This document shows, piece after piece, positions 29,075-37,464 of a stretch of DNA of 55,082 bases; position 1 is the first letter of the stretch, and every line of letters starts with the position of its first letter. The position numbers and the translations under genes are program-made. A model generated the notes under the pieces. It worked only from the letters and a program-made list of their open reading frames with translations, did no database searches and was not told the DNA's origin. The stretch covers positions 1 through 55,082 of the IMG/VR virus record IMGVR_UViG_3300025890_003136. One strand, written 5' to 3'. This stretch comes from a virus. Its lineage: Duplodnaviria; Caudoviricetes.

Positions 29075-30570
29075 TTTGAATCAGTGTCTTTGTTTTCCAA
29101 TTCATACTTGATTTCATCTTCGTCGAATCCGTCTGATTCTGGTTTCTTAACTTCTTTTGATACTTCTTTTTCTGCTTCTTCGATCATTTGGTTCCATTGT
29201 TCTAATGGCATTGGTGGTTCAACTGGCTCTGGTTTCCTGCCACCCAATGTTAAGCCTGCTCCAGTTAATCCAGGATGTACAACTTTTCCAGATTCAACTG
29301 GTTTTACTTCTACTTCTGTTTTGGATTCTTCTGCAATTATTTCTTTTTTGTATTCTTCTGCAATCTTTTCTAAATTCTCTTTTTCTTCTTGTTCACGTTT
29401 TTTAAATTCTTCAAGTTTTTCAGCACTAGGCATTGTAGATACTGGCTTCTTCTCAGCAATACTACTCAACTTGATTGGATTGCTTTTCACTGCTTTTTGT
29501 TTTTCAACAATCTCAGTTAAACTGTGTCCGCCCGATGGTGCAGGTGGAGTTGTTAGTGGAGTTGTAGGTGCAGGTGGAGTTGTAGGTGCAGGTGGTAATT
29601 CACCGTGCTTGTCTATGTATCTCCATCTAAAAGTGTATTGTGAAGCAATCAACAATAGCACTGCTAAAGGATCAAACACAAAAATAATTGTTATGATCAC
29701 CCATCTCACTGCTTCTTCTAATAAATTTCTATCTGCTTGTTCTCCATACACAAATTCAGCAATATATCTGATAGGTCCTACTTCAGATTCCAATTTCATT
29801 AACTGACCTTTTAACGGTTCTTGTTCTATGATTAGCACTTCTATTCTGCCTTGTGCATCAAAAATATTCTTTTCTGTTGTCTGTATAGTAATAGAATTCT
29901 TGTCCAATGTGTTGTTGATTTGAGCTCTTAATTTATTGATGTTTTCCTGAGCATCTGTAACTTGTTTATTGATTCTATCTCTTTCTGCTTGTTGACTTTT
30001 ACGCACTTCCAAGCCACGTTTGATATTGTCACCTTTAAACAAACCTTTACCTTGGTCTGTGTAGGCTTTAACATCTGCATCTAATACTTCTAATCGTTTG
30101 TATGCATCATCTATCTTCTTTTGTTCTATCTGGATGTCTTGATTAAACCTGTCATTACTGCCCGTGCTTTGCCCTGTTAGACGCTCTAAAACGTCCTTTT
30201 GTCGCTCTATGTAACTGTTTTCAGCTCTTACTTTATTGTCTATGATTTCGATTCTTTGAGTAACTGTGTCTGAAGATAAATTTTGATCCACGTGTGCTTT
30301 GGATAGGAATCCAAATATACCCATGGAGGTGATCAACATTAGAACTAATACTGCTATTGATAGATAGGTTCTAAGCCACCAAGCCGCTTTGCTCCAGTAT
30401 CTGTGTAACCATACTGCTGTTACCAGTTTGCCTACTTCTAAGGCAGTACCCATAATGATAATTGGCACAGCCGCCGCGGCGAATATTGCCACTAATCCAG
30501 CCACTGAATAATAGATTGCTACACCTGATATGGTGAGAGCCGTAAGAAATGTAATAAGTCCAAATAGCAT
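29005..30570 (-). CDS. Membrane-anchored coiled-coil protein
   Basis: Three N-terminal TMs (LEVGKLV, TSMGIFGFLSKAH), long coiled coil, EVGPIRY..FVFDPLAV TM, Pro-rich linker. Confidence 0.8.
   Translation of the reverse strand: MLFGLITFLTALTISGVAIYYSVAGLVAIFAAAAVPIIIMGTALEVGKLVTAVWLHRYWSKAAWWLRTYLSIAVLVLMLITSMGIFGFLSKAHVDQNLSSDTVTQRIEIIDNKVRAENSYIERQKDVLERLTGQSTGSNDRFNQDIQIEQKKIDDAYKRLEVLDADVKAYTDQGKGLFKGDNIKRGLEVRKSQQAERDRINKQVTDAQENINKLRAQINNTLDKNSITIQTTEKNIFDAQGRIEVLIIEQEPLKGQLMKLESEVGPIRYIAEFVYGEQADRNLLEEAVRWVIITIIFVFDPLAVLLLIASQYTFRWRYIDKHGELPPAPTTPPAPTTPLTTPPAPSGGHSLTEIVEKQKAVKSNPIKLSSIAEKKPVSTMPSAEKLEEFKKREQEEKENLEKIAEEYKKEIIAEESKTEVEVKPVESGKVVHPGLTGAGLTLGGRKPEPVEPPMPLEQWNQMIEEAEKEVSKEVKKPESDGFDEDEIKYELENKDTDSKKKTLSYIMRERNQQVKKEHQED
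29537..29596. repeat. Coding tandem repeat (PPAPTT units)
   Basis: Repeated ggtgcaggtggagttgta 18-mers. Confidence 0.75.
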
Positions 30571-30605
30571 ACTGTTCCTTCTTTGTATGCTATATTTACC
30601 TATTT

Positions 30606-31037
30606 TTACCTAATAAACTGCCAACCCCGATATGCAACATCCTTACAGGCAGTTTCCTTAAAGTCTCTTGCTCTGTCTTTCTTTTGAATTTGTGTAAAAA
30701 CAACTCTGCAATATCCACCACCATGCGGATAACTTGCAACCACTTTTACAAAACCATGTGTGTCTGCTTCAACATTGTGCCATGCAACCACTTTGCCTTC
30801 TTCCAAATTGTCCAATGCAAAGTACACAGCCTTATCCTGTTTCTTTTGATCTTGTTTGGATAACTTGCTCATGTTGTGTCTCATAAAGTTGTACCAAACT
30901 TCTACACTTGTTCCAGCATGGGTGTAGTTGTGACTAACACTCTTTTGACTGCTTAGACTTTTCGAAGTATTTGAGGTTGTTCCACAAGCAGTTAGTAATA
31001 AACTACTTAATAGGATTAACCATTTCCCACGAGCCAT
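30606..31037 (-). CDS. Lipoprotein, 17-kDa surface-antigen-like
   Basis: Lipobox LTAC; ALD...W.N..T.G...CR......AC..W; start uncertain. Confidence 0.7.
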   Translation of the reverse strand: MARGKWLILLSSLLLTACGTTSNTSKSLSSQKSVSHNYTHAGTSVEVWYNFMRHNMSKLSKQDQKKQDKAVYFALDNLEEGKVVAWHNVEADTHGFVKVVASYPHGGGYCRVVFTQIQKKDRARDFKETACKDVAYRGWQFIR

Positions 31038-31347
31038 CAAATTTTTGACAAACATATCCTTTTTTCCTTATCCATTGTTGACTGATATACATATCGAACC
31101 AATATTCTTTGCATTCCTTTGCTATGCCTGAATATGCTAAAAAGTCTTTTGCTCCGTCATCACACACCAAAGTTTCGACTATCTCCTTATTGATAACCTT
31201 TCCTTGAGTGTTCTTTGTAATAACAGTTTCCGTTTTAACATTACAGTATTGGTCTGACCACACTCCGCCTGCATGAGCAGTTGTTGAAAATATGATCAAT
31301 CCCAGTATGAGAAATGCAAGTGCGATTATGTAATAAACGTTTCGCAT
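31003..31347 (-). CDS. Secreted Cys-containing protein
   Basis: Signal peptide ending AHA; four Cys. Confidence 0.6.
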   Translation of the reverse strand: MRNVYYIIALAFLILGLIIFSTTAHAGGVWSDQYCNVKTETVITKNTQGKVINKEIVETLVCDDGAKDFLAYSGIAKECKEYWFDMYISQQWIRKKGYVCQKFDGSWEMVNPIK

Positions 31348-31348
31348 A

Positions 31349-31936
31349 TTATTGCTCAGATTGTTTCAATACTTTATCCGAAGTGTTGCTGATTTTTAAC
31401 TTACTCAATAATTTCTTGTTGTTTTTATCTTCAACAAGGTTAATTATATTTTCAACATCTTTCTTGGATATCTTCATTAAAACAAATGATCTGTAATTGC
31501 TCTTCTCAGTGTTGTATATTGTTAATTTCTTTTCAACAGAATATGTTCTTAACACAGTCTGTTTAATCATATTAACAATCACATCTTGAGCTTCTACTGT
31601 TCCAGTCATTGACTCAGAAGCACCTTTTTCAGAATAGTTGATAGATGTCTTATTGTTCATCTCACCATTTATTCTATCAGTGATCTTCGCTTTTGCTTTA
31701 AGAACTGCCTTCTTTTGCGACATTTCCATATCTGGAGATACTGCTACTGCTACCGCATAATAGAATCCATCTCTAAAGATAAACCCTTCTTTGCCAGTAT
31801 CTGCGTGGTTAAGATACCAAGCCGGTACCTTCTTTGCTTTTATGTTTTCTGTTGGTAACTGTACCATTCTACCCGAACATGCAGATAAAACAAAACCTAA
31901 TACAAGTACCATTATTATATTAATGTGCCTTTTCAT
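31349..31936 (-). CDS. Lipoprotein (LPP20-like)
   Basis: Lipobox LSAC; VPAWY; S.D.EM...KA...AK. Confidence 0.72.
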   Translation of the reverse strand: MKRHINIIMVLVLGFVLSACSGRMVQLPTENIKAKKVPAWYLNHADTGKEGFIFRDGFYYAVAVAVSPDMEMSQKKAVLKAKAKITDRINGEMNNKTSINYSEKGASESMTGTVEAQDVIVNMIKQTVLRTYSVEKKLTIYNTEKSNYRSFVLMKISKKDVENIINLVEDKNNKKLLSKLKISNTSDKVLKQSEQ

Positions 31937-32049
31937 AAGCCTCCTTTGTAAGTTTAAAGTATATAAGAAAATGCCAAAATAGTCAAGTGTTAAATACCAA
32001 AAATAAATGGCGTGTTTATTGACTTTTGGTGATTGATGTTACCAAAATG

Positions 32050-32604
32050 TTACTTGGATACTGTATATTCGAAGTTTTGTGTGGTCTCATTCTTTTGAAT
32101 CAGTTTTGCACCGTTTCTCACATGAAACTTCTCTGCCATTTTAGTAAGTGGAGAAAGGGTAATCAACCTATTCAAATGGTTCGAATGTTTGATCATTTTG
32201 TAAACTTCGTCCACAATCATTTTGCCACCACCTTTTTTAAGACTCCACACTGTGTAAGCAATAGCAATTGATCCTTGCACTCCTGCTCTGTGTGTGGCTT
32301 GTAGATATGCATCTTTAGAAAATGTGTCTAGGTCTTCCACAGTTTTAGGTATTTGATTAACAAAACCAAAACACATCACAGCCATGATATCTTCACCATG
32401 TTTCAGTCCATATATTTTTCTGCCGTAGGAAGTTCTAAATTTCATATCCAGTTCAGGACGCACTGGGTCTTTGGAAATATCAACATCATGCAACTCAACC
32501 AACTCTGACTTTTTGAGCCATTCAAAATCAAACCATTTATTGATTTGCATTTCCTTGATATGATCGAAATCAAACCATTTTTTAATCTTGTTTGTGGTCG
32601 TCAT
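32050..32604 (-). CDS. Hypothetical protein, possible GNAT-like fold
   Basis: DPVRPEL, YTVWSLKKGGG, TLSPLT.MA..FH.RNGA; duplicated KWFDF at N-terminus. Confidence 0.55.
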   Translation of the reverse strand: MTTTNKIKKWFDFDHIKEMQINKWFDFEWLKKSELVELHDVDISKDPVRPELDMKFRTSYGRKIYGLKHGEDIMAVMCFGFVNQIPKTVEDLDTFSKDAYLQATHRAGVQGSIAIAYTVWSLKKGGGKMIVDEVYKMIKHSNHLNRLITLSPLTKMAEKFHVRNGAKLIQKNETTQNFEYTVSK

Positions 32605-32695
32605 CGTATTTTCTTATTTTCAATAAAATTGTTAATACCACCACAGTAACACCCATGCCTAAAAAAAATAATCCTATGCCTGCTGATGCTGTCAT
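32582..32695 (-). CDS. 37-aa single-TM peptide (not in ORF track)
   Basis: MTASAGIGLFFLGMGVTVVVLTILLKIRKYDDDHKQD; abuts upstream stop. Confidence 0.45.
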   Translation of the reverse strand: MTASAGIGLFFLGMGVTVVVLTILLKIRKYDDDHKQD

Positions 32696-32887
32696 TTATG
32701 CTCCTGTATATTTTTGGTTGCCTTGATGCCATCCTATGTCTTCTATCTCTTCACCACAACATGTAGGACAACAATAAAAATTTTCTAATGATTCGTCTTT
32801 GTCTAGTTCCTGTGCAACACCTCTCCATTTGCAAGTCCAACAAATCCAGTTCCACAATTCCTCTGTTTCGGTCTTTGTGTTAATCAT
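32696..32887 (-). CDS. Small Zn-ribbon protein
   Basis: CWTC...CPTC. Confidence 0.55.
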   Translation of the reverse strand: MINTKTETEELWNWICWTCKWRGVAQELDKDESLENFYCCPTCCGEEIEDIGWHQGNQKYTGA

Positions 32888-33164
32888 AATATGGCTCGTT
32901 AAAATTAGGATCGTCTACACCTTCTACTGCTGTTACTTCATGAACATAATGTTTAAGCATATTCTCAACACCCATTTTTAATGTTTGAGTACTGCTTGAA
33001 CAACCTGAACATGCACCACTCATTAACATTGTGGCAATACCTGTGTCCATATCAAACTTTTCAAGTTTTACTATACCTCCGTGCATTGCTACACTGGGTT
33101 GAACATTTTTTTCAATTATGGTTTCAATTTCTTTTATAATTTCTTCTTTAGTTCTATCACTCAT
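32880..33164 (-). CDS. nfuA: NifU C-terminal (Nfu) Fe-S carrier
   Basis: VQPSVAMHGG, GACSGC.SS..TLK.GVE. Confidence 0.88.
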   Translation of the reverse strand: MSDRTKEEIIKEIETIIEKNVQPSVAMHGGIVKLEKFDMDTGIATMLMSGACSGCSSSTQTLKMGVENMLKHYVHEVTAVEGVDDPNFNEPYYD

Positions 33165-33548
33165 TTACTTGTTACCCTTCATTAAGGTTATCTCTGTTGC
33201 CGCCTTACGTCCTGACGCATCATCATCGTCGGCAAACACAGGCACTTGATTACTTTTGTGCATCGTGGCAATACCAACCAACCTACGTTTTCCTGTGTAT
33301 CGCATTTCTTCTTTTTTACTGCCAACGCCTGGAGTATTCACAGGGATCTTGTTGCCCATAGCAACACCTGTTCTTTCCTGAATAGGTTCTATCACCAAAG
33401 GTTCCGATTTCTTTTTTCTAAATTTAATCTTGTCCAGTCCTCTGGCTTTCAACCATTCCTGATGTTCCTGTTTAGCCTGTCGTAACGATTGTGTGTTGGG
33501 CAGGCTGTGTCGTATTTTTTTTGGTTGTTTCAAGATAATAAATCCCAT
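33165..33548 (-). CDS. Conserved T4-like hypothetical protein
   Basis: YTG...GIATMHKSN.VPVF. Confidence 0.65.
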   Translation of the reverse strand: MGFIILKQPKKIRHSLPNTQSLRQAKQEHQEWLKARGLDKIKFRKKKSEPLVIEPIQERTGVAMGNKIPVNTPGVGSKKEEMRYTGKRRLVGIATMHKSNQVPVFADDDDASGRKAATEITLMKGNK

Positions 33549-33568
33549 TGTTTAATTCTACTGTATAT

Positions 33569-34288
33569 TTACTTGTTTGTCAACTCTTCAATTTTTTGAA
33601 GTATGATTTGAGGGTATTCTTCATTGGTACTCCAAGCACTCAAACCAAATACCATTTTAACAATATTGGGTTCATACTTGTCAGCATCTCTTTCTGCTCT
33701 AAAATTTTCATATGCAGGATGTCTGTTTATGATAGCAATTACATCTGCAACACTCTGACATTTTGTTTCATATTTTTTTACACCAAATTTAGCATTAGGT
33801 ATCGCGGCAGGCTTCATGTGTGGTACTTCATCTAAACTCCAAGTTCGCACACCAAACAATGCATTGCCTTCTGTGGCAAATCTACTTGTACCACTGGCTG
33901 ATTCCACAATAGCCATTGCAACTAAAATATTTCTTGGTATTCTCTGATCAGTTGGCAGTGTCCAGTTGATATAGTCTATACATCTATTCATTGCTACAAC
34001 AAACGTTTTAGGTCCATCAAAGTCAAATTCTGGTTCATGCAAACCAAAACTTTTTGCCATTTCAACCATTCTTTCGTCTTCTTGTTTGATAATTTTTTTG
34101 GTTACTATACTGTTAGGATTGAATGTTCCGTAGGTGTATGCTAATAAAAGCACACCCGCCATTGCTAATACTTTGTAGCAGAATATTTTTACTTTGCGTA
34201 TTGTTCTATTAGAAGGTGTTAGTTCTTGTTTAACCTTTAATAAAAACTGTAAAAATTTATCTAAATGTTTTTTGTACCAAACAGCCAT
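33569..34288 (-). CDS. Membrane-anchored glucosaminidase/Bax-like peptidoglycan hydrolase
   Basis: AIVESASGTSRFA.EGNALFG, HPAY..FR; N-terminal TM. Confidence 0.75.
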   Translation of the reverse strand: MAVWYKKHLDKFLQFLLKVKQELTPSNRTIRKVKIFCYKVLAMAGVLLLAYTYGTFNPNSIVTKKIIKQEDERMVEMAKSFGLHEPEFDFDGPKTFVVAMNRCIDYINWTLPTDQRIPRNILVAMAIVESASGTSRFATEGNALFGVRTWSLDEVPHMKPAAIPNAKFGVKKYETKCQSVADVIAIINRHPAYENFRAERDADKYEPNIVKMVFGLSAWSTNEEYPQIILQKIEELTNK

Positions 34289-34336
34289 AATAATATTATA
34301 CACTATTTAGATGTTAAATCAAGCGGAAAGAATGGG

Positions 34337-34603
34337 CTATTTTATTGACTTTTTGAGGTTCTGTTTACAGATTTCATACCAATATTGTCCACCTTCTCTC
34401 AACAGTTCGTTGTCTATTCGTAGACGTTCCATTCTCTTGTGTATTAGATTCCATTGATACTTTGAAATAACTGCGTTACGATCTTGGTATTTGTCCAACC
34501 GCATGAGTATATCATCTATTATAGGGCAAGTGATATCAGGCACTTTGGGTGCTTTCTTTTTCCACTTTTGCCAAGCAGTTGGTTTCTTTTTGATTGTAGG
34601 CAT
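34337..34603 (-). CDS. Hypothetical protein
   Basis: KAPKVPDITCP.ID...LR..N..LR..G.YWY. Confidence 0.6.
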   Translation of the reverse strand: MPTIKKKPTAWQKWKKKAPKVPDITCPIIDDILMRLDKYQDRNAVISKYQWNLIHKRMERLRIDNELLREGGQYWYEICKQNLKKSIK

Positions 34604-34662
34604 AACAACAATATTTAGATATTGCAATTACAAACTTAAATGAAGACTTAATGAAAGTAAAA

Positions 34663-34684
34663 TGTGGGAGCCGAAACTCCCACA
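34663..34684 (-). terminator. Terminator/3' hairpin of tmRNA gene
   Basis: TGTGGGAG-tttcgg-CTCCCACA followed by TTTT. Confidence 0.75.
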
Positions 34685-34980
34685 CCTGATCTATTCTGTT
34701 GCCCGGCAGATCAACCGCCAAGTGGCCGGTATTAAGCGGCAACCAATTCCTGATCAGCGAATACGCTCATCGGAACCGTCACTTCTGGTTTAAATGCGTT
34801 TGCATTTGTAAATGATCCTTTACAGAGATCGGACTGATAAACTCCATGTGCTTTTCAACTCCGGTCGAAACCAAGTACACCCCCTCATAATAAACCAGAT
34901 TATTATAAATGAGTGTTGGTGGAGGTGGAGGGAGTCGAACCCTCGTCCCAAAAGTGTATTACACACACTTCAACGTCTAC
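34663..34980 (-). ncRNA. ssrA: Circularly permuted two-piece tmRNA
   Basis: Acceptor piece ...GACGAGGGTTCGACTCCCTCCACCTCCACCA ends at 34917; 32-nt spacer; coding piece starts GGGGGTG at 34884 (G3.U70 Ala pair); tag 34803-34732 ANAFKPEVTVPMSVFADQELVAA*; outer ends approximate. Confidence 0.93.
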
Positions 34981-35010
34981 AGTGTATTTAAACAGATTTT
35001 TTTGTAAATG

Positions 35011-35208
35011 TCAAGACTTGATTGGTGACCATCTACCATCTTTGCTTCTAACTTTGTCAGAATGCTCTACTTCAATAGTGAATGGTTTGGTGCTGTCAAA
35101 GTCTTTACCGTGTGCAAACACGAACTTATGACCTTTTGACGTTTCAGTCTTCCAGTAATTGATAAAGTCTTTAATCACAATCTTATTCTTTTGTATTTTA
35201 ACTGTCAT
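35011..35208 (-). CDS. Hypothetical protein
   Basis: 65 aa; TTGACA-17-TACATT 6 nt before ATG. Confidence 0.6.
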   Translation of the reverse strand: MTVKIQKNKIVIKDFINYWKTETSKGHKFVFAHGKDFDSTKPFTIEVEHSDKVRSKDGRWSPIKS

Positions 35209-35250
35209 ATGCTTAATGTAGCATACACCAACTAAAATGTCAAGCAGTGA

Positions 35251-35460
35251 TTATTCTTTAATGATTTTGATATCGGTAGCGACTTGTCTATCTCTAAACT
35301 CTTGTAATTGATATTCAACAACATCACCGTCCATAACTTCTTTTATGTTAGCGGCTTTAAGAGCTGAGATGTGTAAGAAAATGTCTTTTCCTTCAACGTC
35401 CGGTGTAATGAATCCAAATCCTTTTGCTGAGTTGAACCATTTAATTTTACCTTGTGCCAT
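35251..35460 (-). CDS. cspA: Cold-shock protein
   Basis: GKIKWFN..KGFGFI..DIFLHISA. Confidence 0.93.
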   Translation of the reverse strand: MAQGKIKWFNSAKGFGFITPDVEGKDIFLHISALKAANIKEVMDGDVVEYQLQEFRDRQVATDIKIIKE

Positions 35461-35526
35461 ATTATTCTTGTTTCTTTTTTTTATCTATGCTGTATTTATT
35501 ATATTTTAAGAATTTTGTAGTGTAGA

Positions 35527-35550
35527 GTTGCGGACTTTTACATCCGCAAC
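35527..35550 (-). terminator. Hairpin after Hc1-like gene
   Basis: GTTGCGGA-cttttaca-TCCGCAAC. Confidence 0.55.
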
Positions 35551-35559
35551 CCTGTTGAA

Positions 35560-35736
35560 TTACATAGAGTTTTTCTTCTCTTGTATTTCTTTTCTTCTAA
35601 CTTTAACTGCTTTGCCTAAAGTACCTAGAGCCTTTCTTGCTCTAGCCGCCGCGGCTTTAACACCTTTAGTTTCGAATGCTTCTGATTCTGAAATGTAAGA
35701 TTCAAAAGCAGTTTTGATTTCTTCATGAGTTGCCAT
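35560..35736 (-). CDS. Histone H1-like (Hc1-family) protein, 58 aa (not in ORF track)
   Basis: MATHEEIKTAFESYISESEAFETKGVKAAAARARKALGTLGKAVKVRRKEIQEKKNSM; AAGGAG SD. Confidence 0.8.
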   Translation of the reverse strand: MATHEEIKTAFESYISESEAFETKGVKAAAARARKALGTLGKAVKVRRKEIQEKKNSM

Positions 35737-36316
35737 GATGTTTCTCCTTTATAACGTTATAAATTTCAGTCCAATCTTTTACTCTTTGAACTGAACTAGT
35801 ATCCTCATTATATACTGAATTGTGAGGAAGGTCAAGTAGCAATGCTACCAAACCCATTTTGTGACCTACCTCTGCGTTAGCAGGTTTATCTTCTATCCAA
35901 ATGGTACCTTCTGGTATTTTAGATAGGGCTTCGTGTTTGTCTGCTCCTGTATCCAAACATTCAATCTGTTCAAATACATCACCAAACAGTTGCTTAAGAT
36001 TCTCTTCTCTCAATAGATTGGCTTTTTTGTCCAATGTTTGACTTGTAACCACATGAAATTTATATCCCAGTTCTGCTATTTTTTTAACATTTTCAACAGC
36101 ACCCGGCATAGGATCCAGCGATTTCATCCATGCACTTTCATTGAATACTTTTATCAACACTTCGCATTGACCTTTATTCAGATGATAGTTCATGTTCATT
36201 TCATAATGGTCACTGGCATGTTTGGGAAAGCCTTGAAACGCCATCCAGTCGTCAAATGCCTGCTCCCAATTGAGTAACACTCCGTCGCAATCTGTTGCTA
36301 TAATTTTTTGCATCAT
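35723..36316 (-). CDS. HAD-family 5'(3')-deoxyribonucleotidase-like protein
   Basis: DCDGVL, VVTS, K, WIEDK..N. Confidence 0.8.
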   Translation of the reverse strand: MMQKIIATDCDGVLLNWEQAFDDWMAFQGFPKHASDHYEMNMNYHLNKGQCEVLIKVFNESAWMKSLDPMPGAVENVKKIAELGYKFHVVTSQTLDKKANLLREENLKQLFGDVFEQIECLDTGADKHEALSKIPEGTIWIEDKPANAEVGHKMGLVALLLDLPHNSVYNEDTSSVQRVKDWTEIYNVIKEKHHGNS

Positions 36317-36600
36317 TTGGGTAATGTTAGTCCTGATGTACCTTCTTGATATTGACGTGCCATGCCATCTTCTGTTTCAGCATAACACACAACATTATTT
36401 TTGTGTATTTCTATTTCAGCATTTTGTGGCACTGTGAATACAAATGGTCCAAGACCTATTCCTTTGTTGGGAATATTGACCACAGCCCTTGGCTTGGATA
36501 CTTTTATTGTATCTTCTTTGATTTCAACTAATCTTGCTAGAACTTCTTCACCACTCATCAATTTGATTGTGATGATATCTCCTTCTTCTATACTAGGCAT
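36313..36600 (-). CDS. Small Sm-like T4-type hypothetical protein
   Basis: TIKLMSGEEV.AR...Y...TSGL. Confidence 0.6.
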   Translation of the reverse strand: MPSIEEGDIITIKLMSGEEVLARLVEIKEDTIKVSKPRAVVNIPNKGIGLGPFVFTVPQNAEIEIHKNNVVCYAETEDGMARQYQEGTSGLTLPK

Positions 36601-36850
36601 TATCGCTCCCTTGTTGATCTATTAATGTTTTTAATTCTTGGTATCCGCCAATGTGTTTTTCATCAACAAATATTTGAGGCACTGTTCTTGCTCCTGGAAC
36701 TGCTTCTTGTAACTGTTGCACAGTCCACGTTCCGTGTGCTATATTTCTTTCTTCAAACTCTATGTTTTTTGACTTCAACAAGTTTTTTGCTTGTTCACAG
36801 TATGAACAACCTACGTTGCTCCATACAATCGCTTTAGTTATCTTTGACAT
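36593..36850 (-). CDS. nrdC: Glutaredoxin
   Basis: CSYC, TVPQIF, IGGY. Confidence 0.9.
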   Translation of the reverse strand: MSKITKAIVWSNVGCSYCEQAKNLLKSKNIEFEERNIAHGTWTVQQLQEAVPGARTVPQIFVDEKHIGGYQELKTLIDQQGSDNA

Positions 36851-37247
36851 TTGGTATCCTTATTGCTCCTATTCCTTCTTTGTGTAGATCTTTTATTTCT
36901 TTATCTGATGCTGTACCGTATATATGGTCATCACGTTCTCCCAGAGACGCTTTCCGAGCCTCTTCGGCAAAGTTGTCTCCAACATTTTCACAGTTTTTCT
37001 CAACCCATGTTTTAAGATGTTGCAGTGTTGATCTGCTGTTGAAGAATGCTGTGTTGCTTTTTTTACTTTTGACTGCTTTGGATTTTAAGTTTACGTTGGG
37101 TGCCATCACGGCTCTACGTACACTTGCATTTTCACACACAGGACATTGGATCAGTTTTTTATTTTTTTGATCCAAATATGATTTCTCAGATGCGAACCAT
37201 CCTTCAAACTTATGATCTCTTGCACAGAGTAAATTATATTTGGGCAT
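36834..37247 (-). CDS. DUF1178-like Zn-ribbon protein
   Basis: C..DH.FEGWF.S, CPVC, MAPNV, ENVG..FAEEAR, IYG.A. Confidence 0.85.
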   Translation of the reverse strand: MPKYNLLCARDHKFEGWFASEKSYLDQKNKKLIQCPVCENASVRRAVMAPNVNLKSKAVKSKKSNTAFFNSRSTLQHLKTWVEKNCENVGDNFAEEARKASLGERDDHIYGTASDKEIKDLHKEGIGAIRIPNVKDN

Positions 37248-37252
37248 GAGTT

Positions 37253-37281
37253 ATTATAGCGTCTTTGTCGAGTAATGTCAA
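37253..37281 (-). promoter_or_regulatory. Sigma70 consensus promoter, probably leaderless
   Basis: TTGACA-17-TATAAT, 5 nt to ATG 37247. Confidence 0.8.
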
Positions 37282-37284
37282 TGA

Positions 37285-37464
37285 TTACAGATGATGTTCT
37301 GGAGTTTGCGTAACAACATCCTCGTCTTGTTTATCAAGATACACACTGATAGCAATCATGGCAATACCAAAACCAATTAGTACCCAAAGGAAAAAACCAT
37401 CTTGAGGATTTGTTAACAAATGAATTAAAACTTCTAATCCATTCATTGAATTAAAATCTGTCAT
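37285..37464 (-). CDS. Small membrane protein
   Basis: MTDFNSMNGLEVL...; TAATG overlap with nrdB stop; one TM. Confidence 0.55.
   Translation of the reverse strand: MTDFNSMNGLEVLIHLLTNPQDGFFLWVLIGFGIAMIAISVYLDKQDEDVVTQTPEHHL

Noticed and set aside
29537-29596. Tandem repeats as a possible CRISPR array
   Set aside because: In-frame Pro/Thr linker with no spacers; no CRISPR array or cas gene seen in the window
32524-32582. Short direct repeat encoding KWFDF twice
   Set aside because: Local duplication with no sign of a mobile element or diversity-generating system
34917-34950. tRNA-like T-arm with CCA end
   Set aside because: No anticodon arm; it is the acceptor piece of the permuted tmRNA
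34536-35131. ORFs 34536-34742 (-) and 34913-35131 (+)
   Set aside because: They overlap the tmRNA and its terminator and show no protein features
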